From Eledone cirrhosa (taxonomy: Eukaryota): 64,000 nt of DNA. The stretch is from assembly GCA_964016885.1 (NCBI GenBank), contig OZ024748.1, positions 52,452,001 to 52,516,000 of the forward strand, given 5' to 3'. A program made the translations under genes and the position numbers. This document shows, in pieces, positions 1 through 11,489 of this stretch (position 1 is the stretch's first letter; each line of letters begins with the position of its first letter). The notes below the pieces were generated by a model. The model made no database searches and had not been told where the DNA came from. It saw only the letters and a list, made by a program, of their open reading frames with translations.

Positions 1-188
1 TCAAGTGTGTAGCCATACACACCACGCTTGCAAATTACAGGTTGGTGAGGTGTTTAATTCATAGTTGGGGTAGATGGTCATTGACTCTGAGGAGTTCATT
101 CACCCTTTAACAGCTCTTGATCACTGTGCTGCTGGGGTTCCACTTACTCTCCTCGCCAGACCAGGTTCTAGTTGGGGAGCCAGTATAG

Positions 189-1760
189 TTGCTAACAAAT
201 TCAAAGATACACAAAGAAAAGTCTGCAACATTTCAAAAGTTGGAAGAAAAGCTAATCAAGTTGGTGGCGAAACAAAGAATGGCTGGCATTGGTCTCGATA
301 AAGTGAACATATTTCTGAAGGCGATGAATATCACAAAAGAGATGAGAACAACAATGTCTCACAATTTCAAAACCAGCATTGGGTGTGGTGTGGTGTGGTG
401 TGGTGAGATGGGGTGAGGGCAGGTTGCATCATTATTTTATGGAAAAACATAAATCATTACTTCAACACCAAACTCACATCACACAAAAACTACCAGCATA
501 TTTTGAAGACAATTTACAGGAATTTCAGTATTTCATAATTAGATGCCGAAACAGACACAGCTACTAGAGATCAAATATACCCAGGTAGTCTTTTGAAATA
601 ACCATAGTTATTGGAGATCAAATATACCCAGGTAGTCTGCTGAAATAACCACAGCTACTAGAGATCAAATCTACCCAGGTAGCCTGCTTAAATAACCAGT
701 TATTGGAGATCAAATCTACCCAGGTAGCCTGCTTAAATAACCACAGTTACTGGAGATCAAATATACCCAGGTAGCCTGCTTAAATAACCACAGCTACTAG
801 AGATCATATATACCCAAGTAGTCTAATGAAATAACTACAGTTACTAGAGATCATATATACCCAGGTAGTCTAATGAAATAACCACAGTTACTAGAGATCA
901 AATATACCCAGGTAGTCTAATAAAATAACCACAGTTACTAGAGATCATATATACCCAGGTAGTCTAATAAAATAACCACAGTTATTAGAGATCATATATA
1001 CCCAGGTAGTCTAATAAAATAACCACAGTTACTAGAGATCATATATACCCAGGTAGTCTAATAAAATAACCACAGTTACTAGAGATCATATATACCCAGG
1101 TAGTCTAATAAAATAACCACGGTTACTAGAGATCATATATACCCAGGTAGTCTAATAAAATAACCACGGTTACTAGAGATCATATATACTCAGGTAGTCT
1201 AATAAAATAACCACAGTTACTAGAGATCAAATATACCCAGGTAGCCTAATAAAATAACCACAGTTACTAGAAATCATATATACCCAGGTAGTCTGCTTAA
1301 ATAACCACAGCTACTTAGAGATCAAATCTACCCAGGTAGTCCATTCAAACAGCCACTGTTATTAGTGATCAGATACATCTAGACAGTTACTAGAGATCAA
1401 ATGGCATTTAGAGGTTGATGTCAAATGTGGTGATCAATATTGCCACCCTTTCTGCTGAAATGACCAGTCTTCTATAACCACTAGACTTCCAAATTACCAA
1501 GCTGTTCAATTTTTCACTTACTTACCGAAAGGTAGCTTAGGTTGATATAAGAGCACAAGTCCATCACTCCAACAGGCCACATTTGTTGAGCAGATCTCGC
1601 AAGCGTTCCAGAAATCTGGAAAAGCATTTTTGAAATTGTAGTGTCAAAATCTTTTTAAATATTTTACTTCACAAATAAATTGTATGGCAGTGAAGACAAC
1701 ATCATTTTAGAGGAAGAGGTTGAAGATAAATGTGAGGAAGACGATGACATCTATAAATAA
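189..1760 (+). mobile_element. Degraded pogo/Tigger-family (Tc1-mariner superfamily) transposase fossil, interrupted by a minisatellite
   Basis: ORFs 189-567 give KLEEKLIKLVAKQRMAG...FKTSIG...YFMEKHKSLLQHQTHITQKLPAYFEDNLQEFQYFIIR, a CENP-B-type HTH. After the tandem array the sequence reads AEMTSLL*PLD (DDE_1 QPLD motif, ~1455-1487), followed by a KAF..GSEDNII-like segment and an acidic tail (~1620-1750). Confidence 0.75.
555..1402. repeat. 47-bp minisatellite, ~18 copies
   Basis: Unit aaccacagttactagagatcatatatacccaggtagtctaataaaat repeats head-to-tail (e.g. starts at 1021 and 1068). There are no spacers. Confidence 0.95.
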
Positions 1761-3073
1761 TATATCTCCTATACTGACAATCAAGATGATAATGTCATGT
1801 CATTTATCTTTAACACAGACAACAATGAAGCACGGTTCTTTGATTTCAATGCCCATTCATCAGTATTTGAAACATGAACTGTTAAATTTTTAAATGGGAA
1901 CTCTGTGCATGCATTGAAACTAAGTTAATATTTAAGTTTTAATTGAATTTGGCAAATGGAAAATGTGAGTAAACTGAAAATGATCAATTTGCTAAAATAT
2001 GCTGTCATCACTTTACATCATAGCTTTGTTACTGATGTATTTTAAACTCACATGGGCACTTATTCCTTTGAGCATGGATCTTTTAAAACCCCTCAGACTT
2101 TTTCTTATTATACATTAATTTTTTTAATGGATTTTAGAGTTTTGTTTTGAACATCAAACATTTAGGATCTGACAATGATTTTTATTTTTATTTATTTATT
2201 TATTTATTTATTTTTTTGTATTTCATTTGTTTTTAACTAGAATCCTTAAAGTTGAAACACATTTTAAACATTTTAAATTTTCAGAAAGTAAAAAAATATT
2301 TTCAGCTAGGGTTTGGAATTAATTTCATGGGAGATATATTATGTTGACACCATATGTAGATAATATATATTTAGAGTAGGAATTTCTATCTCTATAAAAT
2401 ACCAAGTCTTTCATTGCTACCAATGTCACTTTTAATTTTTGATTACTTCATATCAATAATTATTAGCAAAGTTTTGTTGTATGTAGTCGGACATTGATGA
2501 ATATGATCTCTGATGTAAGCAGTCATGCATGGTGACTATTGTAAATGCTATGTCTACCAGCCAACTTTAAATTTAGATCTTTAATGTAAGACTTAGATAA
2601 TATAGTGAACATTTAATTTATTACAATCATCAAAGAAAATCTAACATTATTATAGGGATATCATCACTATACATAATTTAGCTTAGTAAATACATACAAC
2701 TTACTCCTGGTCATGCTGTCCTCAATGTGGCTACATATTTAAGGCCTGGAAACATGGATAATATTTCGTTCTCATATATAATGAGCACTGCTAATTTTTA
2801 AGCTCAAAAATCTTGAAAACAGTGTATATTATAAATGAAAAAATACTATAGGTTCTTACATGTCAAAATGATTAAGAGCTTCACCCCTATAACCACATGG
2901 TTTTTGGTGTGATTCACCTGCACAGAATCTAGGGCAAATGTCTTATTCTACAGATTAGGGCTGACTAATACCTTATGAACTGGGTAGATGGATGCTGTGA
3001 GTAAGCCCTCCCGCCATGTGTGAATTTGCATATATATAGTTATAGGAATAACCAAAGAGTGCTTAGAAATACA

Positions 3074-3139
3074 TTGTTTTATTAGCTAACAGTGTTTCAT
3101 CCATACCCCATGGCAGGAATCATCAGAGCCTATAAACAA
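3074..3139 (-). ncRNA. Type I hammerhead ribozyme motif in a Penelope-type 3' end
   Basis: Minus strand: ttataggct CTGATGA t tcctgcc atgg ggtatgga t GAAA cactg TT agctaataa. Stems I and II pair and stem III is minimal. AATAAA and a short tail follow into (TA)n. Confidence 0.75.
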
Positions 3140-3648
3140 GAGTATATCAATAGTTGCATGCTCCATCGAGCTGCATCACCAGAACAAGGTTAAAGGACCA
3201 GCAGGGGGGTGCCGAGGCTGGCGCTATATGGAAAAAGACAGAATACATGATGCACATATTGTCATAAAATGTCTTTAAAAATTACATCGAAGATTAAAAA
3301 TTAAAAATTAAAAATTACACCAAAACTTTATCAGTTAAATGGTGTAATAGATGATAAAGAGGTTGGGAGAGGGTAGCAAGGGATGAGTGAAGGTATTACT
3401 CAGCATGATCAGAAACAATAAAAAAATAATAAAAGAGTACAAAAATACAGGGATAACAAAAGAGATAAATATAAAAATACAAAACAATAAAGGAACAAAA
3501 AGCCCGAAAACCCCCAAAAATATAAAACAAAGCAAAGCATAGATACACCAAAGCATGAGCAGTGCAAAAACAGGGTGTACAGGCAGATTAACAGAGTTTG
3601 CAAGCATGAGTCTGAGAGAAGAATAGTTGGTTAGCAGTGGTGCAGCCT

Positions 3649-4020
3649 TACAATAGCTTTCACCGTATTTTTGACTAAAGAAATTTTAGTCTGATAATGG
3701 GGTTTAGAACCCTCAGATAAATGGAAAAAGATGAGTATTGAAGTACATGGGAGTTGAACCCACATCTTTGGTTATCCAGACCACTGTGCCACCATTACAC
3801 CATCACATCATCTGTTGGTGTAATGGTAGCACAGTGGTCTGGATAACCAAAGATGTGGGTTCAACTCCCATGTACTTCAATACTCATCTTTTTCCATTTA
3901 TCTGAGGGTTCTAAACCCCATTATCAGACTAAAATTTCTTTAGTCAAAAATATGGTGAAAGCTATTGTATTTTCTAATTTCAAACCTGCTCATCGTTTCA
4001 AAACATACTTACTTGCCATA
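3649..4020. mobile_element. tRNA-headed SINE-like element arranged as a fold-back palindrome with a 3' tail
   Basis: Arms 3649-3802 and 3816-3969 are reverse complements with 2 mismatches. 3810-3739 (minus) folds as a 72-nt cloverleaf (A box tggtgtaatgg, B box ggttcaactcc). A ~50-nt unpaired tail follows the right arm. Confidence 0.8.
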
Positions 4021-4023
4021 TAT

Positions 4024-4353
4024 CTCAGACCGGGTGATGTGTTGTTTCCTTGAGCAAGACACTTTATTTCACATTGCTCCAGTTTACTCAGCTATAGAAA
4101 TGAGATGATAGGGACTGGGGTCTCTATCATTCCACTGCAAAGTGGTCGTGGAGGTGCCACGGCAAAAAAAACACCCAGTCCACACTATAAAGGTGGATGT
4201 GTAGGTGCCATGGAAAAAAAGCACCCAGCACTTACTGTAAATGAGGTTGGTGTTAGGAAGGGCATCCAGCTGTAGAAATCAAGCCAGAATCAGTTCCGGT
4301 CCCACCCTTGCAAGCAGGGAAAAGCGGACGTAAAATGATGATGAGGATGATGA
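4024..4353 (+). mobile_element. CORE-type tRNA SINE (family S1), 5' truncated
   Basis: CORE-like ccttgagcaagacactttatttcacattgctccagtttactcagct, and an RTE-like tail ggtgttaggaagggcatccagctgtagaaa...gcggacgtaaaatgatgatg. Confidence 0.85.
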
Positions 4354-5488
4354 TATACTGTATATCATTAAAAAACGCATAGAACAAATATAGGACTCAG
4401 AAAAGATAAGCACATAAACAATTCCTGCTCATCAAATGCTTTTAAAAGACAGGACTGTTCCCACCAGTGCATCACCAGTATCCTAAGATAACTTTTCCGG
4501 ATAATGGACAAAAAAAACAAGAAGAAATATTTACATACCAATATGGGATATGAAAATTGCCTCAATCACTTGTAAAACATACGTAATGGGTTGATAATAG
4601 ATAAAAACATGTAAATGAATCTTCATAATATTTTCTTATTATAAACTCTGCCTATACTTTATATATTATACTGTGTTATTGAAATTTTCTATCCTTAGCC
4701 TTTACTTTTTACTAACAGTCATACATTGAGAGAGAGAGAGAGAAAGGGAGAGAGAGGGGGAGATAGGGAGGGGAGAGAGGGGGAGGAAGAGAGAGAGTGT
4801 GTGTGTGTGTGTTCATTCCACATAAATGACAAAGTTACATACATTGATCTTCTGTTGATTTCTGTACTAAATATTGTGAATATGTTAAGAAATGACTAGT
4901 CTTATGCAAATCAGGACCTCCCACTATAGTGGTTCCTAAACAGTTTAGTTATTCGTTTATCTATTTTCATATAAGCATATGGAAATGATTGTTTCTTACA
5001 TTTCACTTAACACTTTCATTATCGTATTCCTAATGAAATACATTCTATTTCAATTAATTAATGAAGAATTTAGAGGGATTTAATAAAATTATTGATTATT
5101 TAATTACTAAGATAATAACGTAACATATGGTTCTTATATACACTTGTAATTTAATTAGGACCCCTTTAAATTGAGTGGTTTTGTTTCATTGAAACAGAAT
5201 GTGGTTTTGGGTAGGTTGGTATCAAAAAGGGTTAAAGTTATTATTATAAGTAACTTAAAATGGAATAGAAACCAAGAAAGATGGTGGTATGGGGGCATGT
5301 CTGTGTGTTTATATATATACATACATATATATATACACACATACATATATATATATATATACATGCACACACAAACACACGCGCACACACACAAACACAC
5401 ACACATATATATACACATGCACTCACACACACGCACACACAAACACACACATATATATATTTTCACGCATACACACACACACATACAC

Positions 5489-5705
5489 ATGGATGATAAG
5501 CATTGGGTGAAGAAGTGTCAAGAACTCCCAGTGGTAAGACACTGTGGTAGAGGTAGTCCAAGGAAGACTTGGGCAGAGGTTGTCAAAGCTGATCTCACAT
5601 TACTGGATCTCACAGAGGAGATGATAAAGAACCAAGATAATTAGAGATGATGTGCTGGAAAGAACCCATCCAACCCATGGAAAAGCAGACGTAAAACCAT
5701 GATGA
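5489..5705 (+). mobile_element. RTE-clade LINE 3' fragment
   Basis: Translation MDDKHWVKKCQELPVVRHCGRGSPRKTWAEVVKADL (GRPRKTW-like motif), followed by the tail ccatggaaaagcagacgtaaaaccatgatg. Confidence 0.8.
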
Positions 5706-6108
5706 ACATCATATACACATATACACATATACATACGCATACGCACACCCACACACATTCACATATACATGCATGTGCACAAACAGACATATACACATGA
5801 GTGTGTATGTGTGGAGTGAGCGCTATCACAAGAGTGCCTCAGGTGGAGACCTTTATAATTGATAAGGTCATAGACTATGATGAAAGTACTTTGACAAACC
5901 AATTAATTGATGAATTAATTAAGTAATTATCTAATTAATTGATAATAAAAACGATTAGGAAATGCACACAGTGCCTGTGTTTTATGAGCAGAATGTTACC
6001 CACTTCCTGGGGTACAATAATATATCTTCAAAGACAATTTTGTATAAAGAATCTTGCAAAACAAATATGAAAATGGAATGTGTGTGTGAGTATGCATGTA
6101 TGTGTATG

Positions 6109-6158
<50 letters not shown>

Positions 6159-6160
<2 letters not shown>

Positions 6161-6256
6161 GGGTGTCCCAAAATCTATACACACATCAACAGCATTCTAA
6201 TAAATATTTCCTGTACAGGTAATCAAAGTGTGTATAGATTTTGGGGGGACACCCTG
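6159..6256. mobile_element. Tc1/mariner-type MITE
   Basis: TIRs cagggtgtcc-caaaatctatacacac / gtgtgtatagattttgg-ggacaccctg, flanked by TA on both sides within (TA)n. Confidence 0.85.
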
Positions 6257-6523
6257 TATATATATATATATATATACACACACACAGAAATATCCACCGT
6301 TAGTTGTGGGGTCTAGTCTGCATGAAGAACTCAATGTAATCCATATGTTGAAAATATTGTAGGTTAAAATAAATCTCGGAAAACAATAAAACATCAAAAG
6401 GAAAACAGAGTCATGATATAAGTTAAAACAATGAAATAAAAATTCAAGTCATTAGGAATATTATATATATATACTCATTGTAGTGTATTGTTTGCTTTAT
6501 TGTTTTCTGTTTACTTTTGCATT

Positions 6524-6564
<41 letters not shown>

Positions 6565-6568
<4 letters not shown>

Positions 6569-6820
6569 TCATCATCATCATCATCATCATCGTTTAACGT
6601 CCATATTCCACGCTTGCATGGTTTTGGACGGCTGTTTTCCCACTTGAGGCAAGATTGGTTGTCTTGCTCGCATAGGACTGTCTGGCGGGTTTTCTATGGC
6701 TGGATGCCCTTCCTAACACCAACCACATTTACAGTGTGGAACTGGGAGGTTTTTACCGTGTTACCTACACGGCCACATTACAGCGTGGACTGTGTGTTTT
6801 TTTGTCGTGACACCTACACA
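6565..6820 (-). mobile_element. RTE LINE 3' UTR fragment
   Basis: Near-identical to 27383-27630, 32160-32412, 44455-44625 and 45377-45538; ends in (GAT)n on the minus strand. Confidence 0.8.
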
Positions 6821-6954
6821 ATTATATATATATATATCCATGCTAGCATGGAAAATAGATGTTAAATGATGATAATGATGATGATACCCATATGTAGTAG
6901 ATAGCCAAGCGTAAAGAATACTCAATATAGATTTTATTAAGGCTAAATAATGTA

Positions 6955-7004
6955 TCTTGTTACTCTGGAATTTCACCTGCTTGTCACAGGAGCATCAGAC
7001 AAGA
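6955..7004 (-). ncRNA. Type I hammerhead ribozyme motif (A9 mutated) in a mini Penelope-type element (~6888-7010)
   Basis: Minus strand: tcttgt CTGATGC t cctg tgacaag cagg t GAAA ttccagag TA acaaga, with a perfect 6-bp stem I. AATAAA and ttgagtatt lie downstream. Confidence 0.7.
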
Positions 7005-8407
7005 ACATATATATATATATACACACACACATATGCATGCACTCACACATACATACTCAAACTTTGCTTTTTGAATTCATTTTTATGTTTGCCAATATTT
7101 ATTGCAGAGTAATCTCAAATATCTTACCATTGGTTAAATATTATATTTAGTTCTACTAAACACAAATCATTTTGTGTCTTCACGAACAAGAGATTTCTGC
7201 AGATTTTTAGAAATCAGCAGCTTGACAAAATGATATTCTAATTGCTCTATATTTATCTATTTTATATTTATGTCTGTTTTAGATGTGAAATTGTTGTCAA
7301 AGGCATTGTGGCTGTTAAGATTTGATTTCAGAAGGAACATGGAATAAAAGATTTCGACAAGTAAAAATACCCAAGTCTTTTTAGCTATTTAAGATAAGAT
7401 GTGACCATTTTCATTCCATCTCATTGCATTTTGTTTTCTCTCTTATTTTTCCTTTGAATCTTCTTTTTGGCAAAGATGATGATGGCTTGAGACAGATTAG
7501 GATGGAAGAAAACTTGGCATGATTAAATGTGACATGATTTCAGTCAATCTTATCTCTGAACAGGCAAAGAAAGCAGTCAAATTTAAGCTAGTCACTGTTG
7601 ATTTGGGGCTGGATTTTAAGATGGCAGCAGTGTGTCACCAAGTACATAAGTGGTAGGGGTCATTATGAAGGGGTGGGGGCTTTCTTAGATTTCCACTTCA
7701 ATAGGAAGATGCTTAAAGTGCAGTGGCTAGTGGTGATTGAATTGGTCAATAACTAGGTCTCTCAGTGCTATTCCAAAGAGAAATCAGTTTACTAATATAT
7801 TTGGATGGGTAAAAGAAGTACTGGGTCAATGTTATTAAAGAAAAGAAATTACTATTTTTATATTGCAGCATCTTTTATTTTATTACATTTTATAGAGTAT
7901 TTGTCTTTAACACATATCCATGTAACTGAAGATTTATTGGGAGCTGTCATTTGAAACTGAAGTCTTTAACAGAGCAATTATCATCAAACACATCAAGCTA
8001 TGATTTTAAATTTCCATCTCGTTCAGCATGTTAACTCTTTTGAGAACACATTTCTAATGAAATACACTCAATTTCAATTAATTAATGAAGAATTTTGAGG
8101 GACTTACTACAATTATTAATTATTTCATTACCAGGATGGTAATCTAACATATGAAACTGGAGGCAGACAATAAGATAGTTGGAAGTGGAGGATACTCTTT
8201 CAACTTAATACACACATACTTAAGCACTTAATCAGTAAAGTTAGACCATTAACCAAATTCCGGTTGCATTTATATTATATTAATCTTATTATCATCATCA
8301 TCATCATCATCATTTTACGTCCGCTTTTCCCTGCTTGGGTCTCATTCAGCACAGCATCTCTCCACTCGTCATGGTCCTTCAATATATATATATATATATA
8401 TATAGAC

Positions 8408-8542
8408 ATGTGAAGGATTTGGGATCCTGATGGCTGAGTTCTTGCCATTTCAACAGTTAGTTCCAAACTCATATTTCATGGGTTCGGAATTAGCTGTTGA
8501 AACACCAGGAGCTCAGGTGTCGGGGTCCTGAATCCTTCATAT
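8408..8542 (+). other. 65-bp imperfect hairpin rich in G.U pairs, with a Penelope-type tail to ~8622
   Basis: Arms 8408-8472 and 8478-8542 align without gaps around the loop atttc. There are 17 differences, 12 of them G.U-compatible on the + strand. The tail carries tcaagtacc at 8566 and is flanked by TA repeats. Confidence 0.8.
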
Positions 8543-8629
8543 TACCCACGCTACTACCCCAAATATCAAGTACCCTGGTGAGTAATGGTCTAACAGGTTT
8601 TTATTGCATCTATTTTGATTTATATATAT

Positions 8630-8977
8630 GAAGGCGCATGGCATAGTGGTTAGAGCATTGGGCTTGCAATTGAAAGGTTGTGAGTTCAATTCTCAGACCG
8701 GGTGATGTGTTGTTTCCTTGAGCAAGACACTTTATTCCACATTGCTCCAGTTTACTCAGCTTTAGAAATGAGATGATAGGACTGGGGACCTTATCATTCC
8801 ACTGTAAAGTGGACGTGTAGGCGCCATGGAAAAAAAGCACCCAGCACTCACTGTAAATAAGGTTGGTGTTAGGAAGGGCATCCAGCTGTAGAAATCAAGC
8901 CAGAATCAGTTCCCGTCCCACCCTTGCAAGCAGGGAAAAAGCGGACGTAAAATGAAATGATGATGATGATGATGATG
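8630..8977 (+). mobile_element. CORE-type tRNA SINE (S1), full length
   Basis: tRNA-like head (tggcatagtggtt...gagttcaattc), CORE domain, hairpin atgataggga...ttatcat, RTE tail and (GAT)n. Confidence 0.9.
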
Positions 8978-9143
8978 TATAAATAAATTGCATTGGTGTA
9001 TAATGTTTAGTTAAAGATGGTTTGCCAATTTGGGCACTGAATGTTAATATTTAGGCATGGCTACCAATATGGGATTCTATATTTGGTATTTCACCATAGG
9101 TGAAATCATTATTATTAATATTATTAATATTATTATATATATC

Positions 9144-9565
9144 AAGGCGGTGGATTGGCAGTATCGGTGGAGGGTCGGACGCCATGCTTTCCAGCATAGT
9201 TATGTCCCTTTACGATCTGAGTTCAAATCCCGCCGAGGTTGACTTTGCCTTTCATCCTTACGGGGTCGATAAAACAAAGTACCAGTGATGCACTGGGTAA
9301 TTGCTGGCCTTGTGCTTAAAGTAGAAACAATTATTAGTAATATTATTAATAAATATAGGTAGTGGATTGGTAGAATGTTGGCCAGCATACTTTACGGCAT
9401 AGAGTTATAGCCCTTTATGTTTTGTGTTCAAATACCGCTAATGTTAGCTTTGCATTTCATCCTTATGGGGTCAATAAAGTAAAGTAACAGTAATGCACTG
9501 GGGTCAACTTAATCGGCTTTCCCTTCCACCAGAATTGTTGGCCTTCTGCCTAAATCAGAAACTAC
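9144..9565 (+). mobile_element. Two tandem Meta-domain-type tRNA SINEs (family S2)
   Basis: Head ggcggtggattggcagtatcgg...gagttcaaatccc; body gcctttcatccttacggggtcgataaaa..aagtaccag; tail gctggccttgtgc..aaagtagaaacaattatta. Confidence 0.85.
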
Positions 9566-9872
9566 TGCTATTATTATAAATATATGCCCAACCCATGCCA
9601 CTATGGAAAGAGAGTGTAAACCAGTGATGATGATGATATAATATATATTAAACTCATCCCTTACATGTTTAGGGGGCAAAGGTTTATTTGGTCCCAAATG
9701 TTTGCATTTAAAAAAATGCATGTTTTATACACCAGAAATTAGGTTACCTTTGTAAAGTATGATTTTTAAATTTAGCAGGCGATCCCTATTTTCGGTCAAT
9801 TTTTATTAATATTTTCATGTCTACAAATCAATTTTTTTTATGACAAGATTTTACAACAGGATATATTTTGTA

Positions 9873-9922
9873 ATGGCAACTATTTCACGAAAACTTGGAG
9901 ACGTTATCTACTTTCTAGATAG
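9873..9922 (+). CDS. Possible upstream (first coding) exon of the Mab-21-like gene: MATISRKLGDVIYFLD
   Basis: Open frame ending at a strong donor TAG|gtaagg. Phase 2 fits an acceptor at 11052 in the same frame as the downstream exons. It could instead be chance signal in a repeat. Confidence 0.3.
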
Positions 9923-10217
9923 GTAAGGTAAAGCACTAACATTAATGTACTTTGTTTAATGTCACAACACACTGTTTGAAAGCAAGATCTGAAATCATAT
10001 GTGTAAGCCAGTCGTTTGGCATACAAAATATCCACATAAAAAATTAATAAATTCTACTTTGTATGCTATTAACTTAGCTGACTCACCAGTTAGTTTCTTA
10101 AATTGAGGTTTTGCACTGTTGTAAAAGGTTTTGATGTGAAAATATCAACAAATAAACTCAATGAATTTTTATCCTTGAGTAATCACATCACTGGCTGTAG
10201 CAGAATATTCACTCTCT

Positions 10218-10256
<39 letters not shown>

Positions 10257-11043
10257 TTAAATATGTACTTAGACTTACATATCCACACACACATTTAAAC
10301 ATGTATTTAGAGTTACATATATACATACTCAAATATGTACTTTGTGCTACATATAAACACACACATACATTTAAATATCTACTGTGAATTACATATATAT
10401 ATATACACACACACACTCATATTCAAATAAGTAGTTAGATTTACACATACACACACATATCCAAATATGTTCTTTGAGTTACACACACACACACACACAT
10501 TCAAATGCGTTCTTTGAGTTACATATACACACACACATGCACAAGTATTCAAATATATACTTATAGTTACATATATACACACACATACACATTCAAATGC
10601 GTTCTTTGAGTTACATATACACACACACATGCACAAGTATTCAAATATATACTTATAGTTACATATATACACACACATACACATTCAAATATATACTCTG
10701 AGTTACATACATACACAGACATATTCAAATACTTATTATGCCACTTATAGCAACATGCTGTATGTCAACAAATTCCATTTTATGCATTTAAGTTCTTCAT
10801 TCTTTTACACAGTACCATAGATGTTTATCACACTCATAACTTATAAATAACCACACAAACACCCAACACACAAATAACATTTAAACACATACAAATATAA
10901 AGTTGTTTGGGAAATAAAATACACAAATATATATGTGTGTGTGTGTGGGCGGGTTTGAGTGTCAGTGTGTGTATGTGTGTGTTTATATTTGTGAGTGTGT
11001 GTGTGTATGTAATTGTGTGTGTTTTTATGTTCACTTTATAAAG

Positions 11044-11104
11044 GTACCAAGATATTTAAAAGTTACCAAGACCACTTATCAACAAAATGATTTCTTTGAG
11101 CCAA
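11044..11104 (+). CDS. Internal exon (VPR)YLKVTKTTYQQNDFFEP
   Basis: AAG acceptors before 11044 or 11052 and donor CAA|gtaaga at 11105. It ends in phase 1, matching the next exon. Confidence 0.45.
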
Positions 11105-11325
11105 GTAAGATGATATTTTGCTGCTTTGATCGGTGTTAAGTAGTATAGACACCCTAAAAGCCATCAGACCTTTCAAATAGTTTCTTTGAAAGGTAGATGT
11201 GACAATTATTTAAATATTTAAATATTATGCCATGAACCTTAAGCTCAATTGACATATATACATATATTCCTACATTTAACAATCAATTATAAATCTGGTG
11301 CTAATTCATTTCAAAATTTTCACAG

Positions 11326-11489
11326 ATCTTCAAAGATCAGAACTGAGAATTTTGACAAGTTATTACTGTCAAAGGTCACCTTTAATTTCTAGAATGTTGC
11401 CAAGAGTTATGTATGAAGCACAAATGCTACTTGAGGAGGTTGTTAAGAAAGTGAAAATTGATGAGAGAATTATGATTTCTGAAGAAAAG
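11326..11489 (+). CDS. Internal exon of a putative Mab-21/cGAS-like family protein: NLQRSELRILTSYYCQRSPLISRMLPRVMYEAQMLLEEVVKKVKIDERIMISEEK
   Basis: Branch-like tgctaat, acceptor ttttcacag|, donor AAG|gtaaaa, 164 nt open in non-repetitive sequence. The spacing LxxYY-x16-E-x7-VxKxV..ER matches the Mab-21 N-terminal helix (LNKYY..IREVCKVVSDVLKEVEVQEPRF), judged from memory. Confidence 0.6.

Noticed and set aside
555-1402. Possible CRISPR array (also 55717-56116 and 35795-36245)
   Set aside because: Units are contiguous or separated only by TG microsatellite, with no unique spacers, no cas genes and a eukaryotic context. The shared 47-bp period of two arrays looks coincidental because their sequences are unrelated.
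3739-3810. Functional tRNA gene
   Set aside because: Acceptor and anticodon stem mismatches, an atypical anticodon loop (ctggata) and its position in a palindromic element make a SINE head more likely. The same applies to the S1 and S2 heads.
7283-7360. Exon-like segment after ttttag (also candidates at 16992, 24835 and 34680-34835 minus)
   Set aside because: In-frame stops occur before a usable donor, or the phase is incompatible; no family resemblance.
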